From positions 2,988-66,987 of the forward strand of contig JAKSCV010000075.1 in the NCBI GenBank assembly GCA_022360445.1: 64,000 bases of DNA, given 5' to 3'. Below are positions 58,813 through 64,000 of this stretch, piece by piece (position 1 is the stretch's first letter; the number at the start of each line of letters is the position of its first letter). The stretch is from Gammaproteobacteria bacterium. GTDB taxonomy: Bacteria > Pseudomonadota > Gammaproteobacteria > UBA5861. A model generated the notes under the pieces. That model did no database searches. It was not told where the DNA came from and saw only the letters and a list, made by a program, of their open reading frames with translations. The position numbers and the translations under genes are program-made.

Positions 58813-60012
58813 CTAAGAGTCAAACGTGCGTATCGCCCCCGATTCAGCCATCTCTGACACTTCTTTCTTGGAGTAACCTAATTCTTCCAGTAACGCGCAG
58901 GTATGCTCACCCAAATTAGGCGCCAACCTTTGAATAGCACCTGGTGATTTAGAGTACTTGACCGGAACATCGGTCAACCGGATTGTCCCTTCCGTTGGAT
59001 GTTCAATGCGTTGAAAGTAACCAACTGCCTTTAAATGCTCTTCTTCAAGCAAGTTATCCAAGTCATTCACTTTGGCGCAAGGAATATCTGCCTCTAAAAA
59101 GAGTCGGATCCATTCATCCGTTGTCTTTTCAGGCAGGGCCTGATCAATCACCCCATATAAATCATCAATATGGATGGTACGTTGGGAAAAGTCGATGAAT
59201 CGCGGATCTTCCCTCAACGCTGGCTGACCAATGACACCAAAAAAAGTGTGCCAATGCGCTTGGGTGTTCGGCATCACACCAATATAACCATCCCGGGTTT
59301 GGAAAGGCCGCCGGTAGCGATTGAAAGCCCGCGGATAGCCCATCTCTGCCAGAGGCGGTTCAAATACGTTGCCGTACAAGTGCTCAACCAGATTAAACGC
59401 GGTAATCGACTCAAACATAGGCACCTCTACAGATTGCCCCTCACCGGTTCGCTCGCGGTGGAGCAACGCAGTTGTGACCGAGGACGCCAGGATAAGCCCG
59501 ACAATTTTGTCAATGATCGGCATCGGGGCATATCCCGGTTTGCCATACAAACGTTTATTCAGCATGCCAAAGCCAGAGGCGGCCTGAACAATATCATCGT
59601 AAGCGGGACGATCGGCATAGGGGCCTGTTTGACCGAATCCGTTTGCACAGGCATAAATAATATTAGGGTTGATGCGCGCAACACTGTCATACCCAAAGCC
59701 GAGTTTTTCCATAGACTTTGCCCGTACGCTGTGCACAAAAACGTCGGCCGTTTTAATCAGCCTCTGCAATGCTTCTTTGCCAGCTTTCGACTTTAAATTC
59801 AGAGAGATGCTGCGTTTATTTCGATTGACATTGAGAAAAAAAGCAGACATGCCTTCGTGTCGGGCAGGCCCAATGTAGCGCACATCATCGCCAGAAAGTT
59901 GTTCCACTTTTATCACATCCGCCCCCATATCTCCCAATGTTTGGGTGGCAAGCGGACCAAGGACATTAATCGTTAAATCAAGAATGCGATAGCCTTCCAG
60001 AGCACCTGGCAT
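58813..60012 (-). CDS. Family III CoA-transferase (CaiB/BaiF)
   Basis: The 399-aa ORF has the CaiB/BaiF fold signature (RILDLT..LGPLATQTLGDMGADVIKVE) including the catalytic Asp region. Confidence 0.85.
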   Translation of the reverse strand: MPGALEGYRILDLTINVLGPLATQTLGDMGADVIKVEQLSGDDVRYIGPARHEGMSAFFLNVNRNKRSISLNLKSKAGKEALQRLIKTADVFVHSVRAKSMEKLGFGYDSVARINPNIIYACANGFGQTGPYADRPAYDDIVQAASGFGMLNKRLYGKPGYAPMPIIDKIVGLILASSVTTALLHRERTGEGQSVEVPMFESITAFNLVEHLYGNVFEPPLAEMGYPRAFNRYRRPFQTRDGYIGVMPNTQAHWHTFFGVIGQPALREDPRFIDFSQRTIHIDDLYGVIDQALPEKTTDEWIRLFLEADIPCAKVNDLDNLLEEEHLKAVGYFQRIEHPTEGTIRLTDVPVKYSKSPGAIQRLAPNLGEHTCALLEELGYSKKEVSEMAESGAIRTFDS

Positions 60013-60136
60013 TTTATTTCTCCCTATTTTTGCTCACCGGTTTGTTTTTATCTCATTGTACGGGTTGCAAGCATCCGTTCCGGTTGGGCAATAGAACCTG
60101 TGACGGGATGACAATATCCGCCACAGGTTTGTGTGA

Positions 60137-60565
60137 TTACTCGGCCAGCTTGAACCGAGGCAGTGAAATGTCATCGGTCAACTTTTCAGTCACCAATTCG
60201 ACTTTCATGTCCATCTCTATCGTATTCGGGTCACTGCCCACAAGAGAACTGATCATGCGTGGACCTTCCTCTAATTCAACCAGCAGAACCGCGTAAGGAG
60301 TGTCCGCTTTGAAAGCAGGCCCTGGAGCCCGGTGGACAACGCTGAATGAGTGGATTGTCCCCCTACCCGACGCTCCAAAAGACTGAACATTATCCGACAG
60401 GCAGTTACAACACATTTCTTGCCGATAGTATTGAACATCACCGCAATCTGCGCACTTTTGCAATAACAGTTTGCCGTCTTTCAGGCCTTCCCAAAGTTCG
60501 ACAGAGTCACCATCTGGAGTGGGCAAGGGTTTTTTCAACGCTTCTTCTTGGGAAATCATGCTCAT
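60137..60565 (-). CDS. DUF35 Zn-ribbon/OB-fold protein (partner of SCP-x-type thiolases)
   Basis: The 142-aa ORF has a CxxC...CxxC ribbon (CADCGDVQYYRQEMCCNC) followed by an OB-fold, and overlaps the thiolase gene by 4 bp. Confidence 0.8.
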   Translation of the reverse strand: MSMISQEEALKKPLPTPDGDSVELWEGLKDGKLLLQKCADCGDVQYYRQEMCCNCLSDNVQSFGASGRGTIHSFSVVHRAPGPAFKADTPYAVLLVELEEGPRMISSLVGSDPNTIEMDMKVELVTEKLTDDISLPRFKLAE

Positions 60566-61767
60566 AGTGTGCTCTCCGTACCTAAAATTGTTGTCGCATT
60601 TGTCGCAAATCCTGCACCCAAACTGTGTACGAGACCCAGCTCTGGTCCTTGAAGCTGACGGTCTCCTGCCTGACCTCGGAGCTGTAAAATCACTTCGTAG
60701 AAGTGCAACAAACTACCCGGAATACCCGGGTGGCAATGCGATAACAAGCCACCGTGTGTGTTAATCGGAATCTTCCCACCATAGGTAATCTGCCGATCAG
60801 AAACGAAAGGGCCACCTTCGCCTTTCGGGCAGAAACCTAAATCTTCGAGCATCATAATCACGGTGCCCGTAAAACAGTCATAAACACCGGCGGTGTCAAT
60901 GTCGTCGGCGGTAACGCCCGCTCTGGCATAAGCCAACTCACTGGATCGTTTTGCACCCGTTGTGGTGATATCTTCTTTTTTGAAGATATGCTCGTGCGTA
61001 TAACACTCGCCTCCGCCCAAAATGTAAACGGGGTTTTCGATCCCAAGATCCTTAGCGCGCTCGGCCGATGTCACGATAAATGAAACCCCGCCATCGGAAA
61101 CCAAAGAGCAGTCGTATTTGTGATAGGGCGTTGAGACCATTTTTGAAGACAGTACGTCATCCACAGTCAAAGGCTTTGTCATTTGAGCGCCAGGGGTATT
61201 CATTGCATGCTCACGGTGGATCACCGCAACTTCTGCCAGCTGTTCGGAGGTTGTGCCATAGTTTTTCATATGGCGTGCAGCGGTCATGGCAAAGGTATTG
61301 GAAACCGGTATGCCAAACGGCATTTCATACTGTTGGTCACGGCTTTCTGTCATGGATCGCAAGGCCATGTCTGGCGTCAAACCACTGAGCAAGCTGTCGC
61401 CCATGGAAATCAGTATCGTCTCCGCAAGACCGGTGTCGATCGCCGCCGCAGCGATATTGAATAAGGTTGCCGCTGTCGCGCCTGAAACCTGGTAGGTGTT
61501 AGAAAAGGTCGGTTGTATGCCGATGTATTCGCTCAAAGCGACGTTGAAGCGGTGAAAGGGCGATGCAAATGAATGACCAGACATGACGCCATCAATCTGC
61601 ATTTTATCAATTCCTGCATCGACCAATGCATTTCGTGTTGCATCAGCTGCCAGCCACAAAGGGCTTCTGCCCGGTACTCGCCCTAGCGGCGATGTGCCTA
61701 TCCCGATAACCACAGCCTTGCCACGGATACTTTTTTTGTTAACCAAGGTTATATCCTCCTGGATCAT
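60562..61767 (-). CDS. Thiolase-like protein, SCP-x / non-specific lipid-transfer-type
   Basis: The 401-aa ORF has the thiolase fold with Cys/His catalytic regions, paired with the DUF35 gene. Confidence 0.8.
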   Translation of the reverse strand: MIQEDITLVNKKSIRGKAVVIGIGTSPLGRVPGRSPLWLAADATRNALVDAGIDKMQIDGVMSGHSFASPFHRFNVALSEYIGIQPTFSNTYQVSGATAATLFNIAAAAIDTGLAETILISMGDSLLSGLTPDMALRSMTESRDQQYEMPFGIPVSNTFAMTAARHMKNYGTTSEQLAEVAVIHREHAMNTPGAQMTKPLTVDDVLSSKMVSTPYHKYDCSLVSDGGVSFIVTSAERAKDLGIENPVYILGGGECYTHEHIFKKEDITTTGAKRSSELAYARAGVTADDIDTAGVYDCFTGTVIMMLEDLGFCPKGEGGPFVSDRQITYGGKIPINTHGGLLSHCHPGIPGSLLHFYEVILQLRGQAGDRQLQGPELGLVHSLGAGFATNATTILGTESTL

Positions 61768-61799
61768 GAAAATTCAAAAGTGTATCAATACTGTTTCAT

Positions 61800-62627
61800 T
61801 CAAACCGGCAAATGTCTGCCGGGAATCAACCCAAACTGCAAAAAGTCCGGTTTGCGTTTTTCCATGAAGGCTGTTGCGCCTTCCATATGTTCGTCACTCC
61901 GCATACACAATGTTTGCATCGCGGACTCTAACTCAAGTGTCTCGTTCACTGAGGTCGGCATTTTATTTAAAATACGCTTGGTCATACCGAGCGAATAGGC
62001 CGGTAAATTGATAAGCTGCTGTGCCAGCTCCAGTGCTTTCTCCTGCACCTGCTCATCCGCAACCAAGTGATCAAACAAACCGATATTGAAGGCCTCCTGG
62101 CCTTTAATCGGTTGAGCATAGAGGAAGGCCTGGCGCGCTTTGTTGATGCCAATCCGACGGGTGACATTGTGCATGGTCCCAAAGTCTGGGATCAATCCAA
62201 CCTTTTGGAAAGAGAAACCCACGAAGGCGTTTTCCCCGCCGATAATGGTATCTGCACACATCGCTAACCCGGCACCAGAACCCATGGCGGGCCCTTCAAT
62301 AGCTGCGATGATTGGTTTTTCAGCCATATCACACAGTCGAACCGTATCATGCGCGACTCGCAGATGACGCAGCATTTTGTTCTCATCGCGCTTGGCCATG
62401 TCCGAAATATCACCCCCCGCACTGAAAGCGCCTCCCCGCCCCGTCAAGATTAAGACTCTGACCTCTTCAGCTTTCAGGGCCGCTGCAATAGCATCGCGAA
62501 CGCCGTGTTTCACTTCCAGCGTGAGTGCATTGCGTTTTTCCGGGCAATTTATGACGATGCGTCTTGCCCATTTGATTGGCTCTTCTGTCTCAACCACACT
62601 CATTTCCTTCCCCTTATTTTTGTGCAT
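61800..62627 (-). CDS. Enoyl-CoA hydratase/isomerase (crotonase) family protein; the start may be the internal MSVVETEEP at about 62603
   Basis: The 275-aa ORF has crotonase oxyanion motifs (GGAFSAGGDI and AIEGPAMGSGAGL). Confidence 0.8.
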   Translation of the reverse strand: MHKNKGKEMSVVETEEPIKWARRIVINCPEKRNALTLEVKHGVRDAIAAALKAEEVRVLILTGRGGAFSAGGDISDMAKRDENKMLRHLRVAHDTVRLCDMAEKPIIAAIEGPAMGSGAGLAMCADTIIGGENAFVGFSFQKVGLIPDFGTMHNVTRRIGINKARQAFLYAQPIKGQEAFNIGLFDHLVADEQVQEKALELAQQLINLPAYSLGMTKRILNKMPTSVNETLELESAMQTLCMRSDEHMEGATAFMEKRKPDFLQFGLIPGRHLPV

Positions 62628-62691
62628 AGACTCTGGCTTTTATATGCGCAAGAATACCAAAGGTTCACCTTTTCTACACCAGAGAAAGCAA

Positions 62692-63474
62692 ATGACTCAT
62701 GTGAAAACAACGTTCGCTGAATGCGCTGAGGGCGACCCGATTGCGCACGTCACAATCCACCGATCAGAAAAATCAAACGCCCTCGATTCTTTGGTTATCA
62801 ATGATTTAATAAAGGCTTTTCAAAGCTTAATAGGCCATAACACGCTAAAGCTTGTGGTACTCACAGGCGAGGGAAACACGTCTTTTATTGGCGGGGCAGA
62901 TATCAACGAGATGCAATCTTTGACGCCTGAAAAAGCTCGGGTCTTTATCACGAATATTCACAAGGCATGTAGCGCGATTCGTGCTGTCCCTGTCCCTGTG
63001 ATCGCGAAAATTAATGGCTACTGTCTCGGTGCGGGACTGGAAATCGCTGCGGCATGCGACCTGCGCATTGCTTCGGATAATGCCCGTTTTGCCATGCCCG
63101 AAGTACAAGTGGGCATTCCATCCGTTGTTGAAGCGGCGCTCCTGCCCAGACTCATCGGTTGGGGTAAAACATCAAGACTGCTTTATACAGGCGAATCAAT
63201 TTCGGCAGAAACTGCGATGCAATGGGGACTGCTTGAAGAGCTTGTGCGGCCGGAACTGCTTGAGCAGAGTACAGACCGCATCTGCCAAAAAATCTGCACG
63301 GCCGGTGCCAATGCGATTCGCCTGCAAAAACAACTGATCTCTCAATGGGAAACCGGTTCGCTCAAAGAGTCCATTGAAGCGGGCATTGATACGTTTGTGG
63401 AAGCCTACAAAACCAACGAACCTGAAATAAAAATGGCGGCTTTTTTCAACCAAAAATCAAACAAAAATGCTTGA
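62692..63474 (+). CDS. Enoyl-CoA hydratase/isomerase (crotonase) family protein
   Basis: The start was taken at the ATG at 62692 (MTHVKTT..). The longer track ORF from 62377 overlaps the divergent crotonase and is implausible. The protein is 260 aa, with LTGEGNTSFIGGADI and INGYCLGAGLEIAAACD. Confidence 0.8.
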   Translation: MTHVKTTFAECAEGDPIAHVTIHRSEKSNALDSLVINDLIKAFQSLIGHNTLKLVVLTGEGNTSFIGGADINEMQSLTPEKARVFITNIHKACSAIRAVPVPVIAKINGYCLGAGLEIAAACDLRIASDNARFAMPEVQVGIPSVVEAALLPRLIGWGKTSRLLYTGESISAETAMQWGLLEELVRPELLEQSTDRICQKICTAGANAIRLQKQLISQWETGSLKESIEAGIDTFVEAYKTNEPEIKMAAFFNQKSNKNA

Positions 63475-63492
63475 TGTATGGACTGCCAAGGC

Positions 63493-64000
63493 TTAAGCCT
63501 TGATCCCAGTGTATTTTAAAACAATATAGCGAACATCTCGCTCTGTCAGAAAAATAATGGCCGCGTAAATACCAGCACCTGCAGCAATTTTAAAAATTAA
63601 ATTGTACAAGTAGCTTTCATAATGAAACTGCATGATGCCTATGTACATGATAAGAGCTGCCAGTGTGTACTGCGCTATCTTTAGCAGAGGCAGACGTATG
63701 AAAAGCAATCGCGATGCATAAAAATACATAACAGCCGTTAAGGCAGAAAAACTCACCAAGGTTGCAATAGCCGCACCCTTAATGCCAAACATAGGAATGA
63801 GCGCAAAGTTTAAGCTGACATTCAGCAACACACTAGCGAGCACAAAAATCATTAACTTCATGCTCTGTTTGTAGATAAAAATACCGGCTGCAATAATGAC
63901 TGCACTGCCATAAATAGCAAAACCCGACATGACATACGGCACAATCACAGCACCTTCAATGTATTTTGATGAAGCCAGTAAGCTAATTAAATCTTCCGAG
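63493..64000 (-). CDS. Polysaccharide-biosynthesis/flippase-like polytopic membrane protein, C-terminal part only (the ORF continues past the window end)
   Basis: The translation is uniformly hydrophobic multi-TM (..LIPMFGIKGAAIATLVSF..). The reading frame is open to position 64000. Confidence 0.45.
   Translation of the reverse strand, partial: SEDLISLLASSKYIEGAVIVPYVMSGFAIYGSAVIIAAGIFIYKQSMKLMIFVLASVLLNVSLNFALIPMFGIKGAAIATLVSFSALTAVMYFYASRLLFIRLPLLKIAQYTLAALIMYIGIMQFHYESYLYNLIFKIAAGAGIYAAIIFLTERDVRYIVLKYTGIKA

Noticed and set aside
62377-62691. Long 5' extension of the plus-strand crotonase ORF
   Set aside because: It overlaps the divergent crotonase on the other strand by about 250 bp. 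The internal ATG at 62692 gives a canonical 260-aa crotonase beginning near the expected N-terminus.

Overview
This 64 kb window is from a gammaproteobacterial chromosome, probably a marine genome of moderate GC content; composition is visibly heterogeneous. The left end is a conserved housekeeping block: a clpX fragment, clpP, tig, a four-tRNA operon (Pro, Arg, His, Leu on the minus strand), gltX, a PP2C phosphatase, rluB, and fbp convergent with a long-form phosphofructokinase. Next comes an AT-richer four-gene cassette: a putative Fe(II)/2OG oxygenase, an RraA-like aldolase/decarboxylase and two different ATP-grasp ligases. It abuts a stretch of insertion-sequence debris (IS256 and IS110 transposase fragments, a ferritin gene, and a duplicated tonB 3' fragment). 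A large GC-rich iron-acquisition region follows. It holds an fbpABC operon that looks decayed (fbpB frameshifted, fbpC probably truncated); a lipoprotein with an imelysin and a DUF1513 protein; two TonB-dependent receptors flanking a pseudoazurin pseudogene; exbB-exbD-tonB; and a DUF3325-like protein next to a PepSY membrane protein. parC follows, then a Fur-box-preceded operon hemP-imelysin-DUF1111 dihaem protein-imelysin-like-DUF1513-cytochrome c peroxidase. The right third carries an alpha/beta hydrolase pseudogene, DUF1249, a lipoprotein with a CpxP/Spy-like His-rich protein, DUF4124, a MaoC-MBL-SDR trio, an FtsH paralogue and a CatB/Vat-type acetyltransferase. It also holds an unusual membrane-anchored CheA-like kinase (PilJ-type sensor fused to Hpt and ATPase domains) with CheY and CheX, then a beta-CASP hydrolase, a TAXI binding protein and a CoA-dependent catabolic module (CoA transferase, DUF35, SCP-x-type thiolase, two crotonases), ending in a truncated flippase-like gene. 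No CRISPR array, rRNA or intact prophage is seen. The most interesting candidates are the orphan oxygenase/RraA/double ATP-grasp cassette, the duplicated imelysin/DUF1513 redox modules, the chemosensory-like kinase module, and the pseudogenisation scars in the iron locus.
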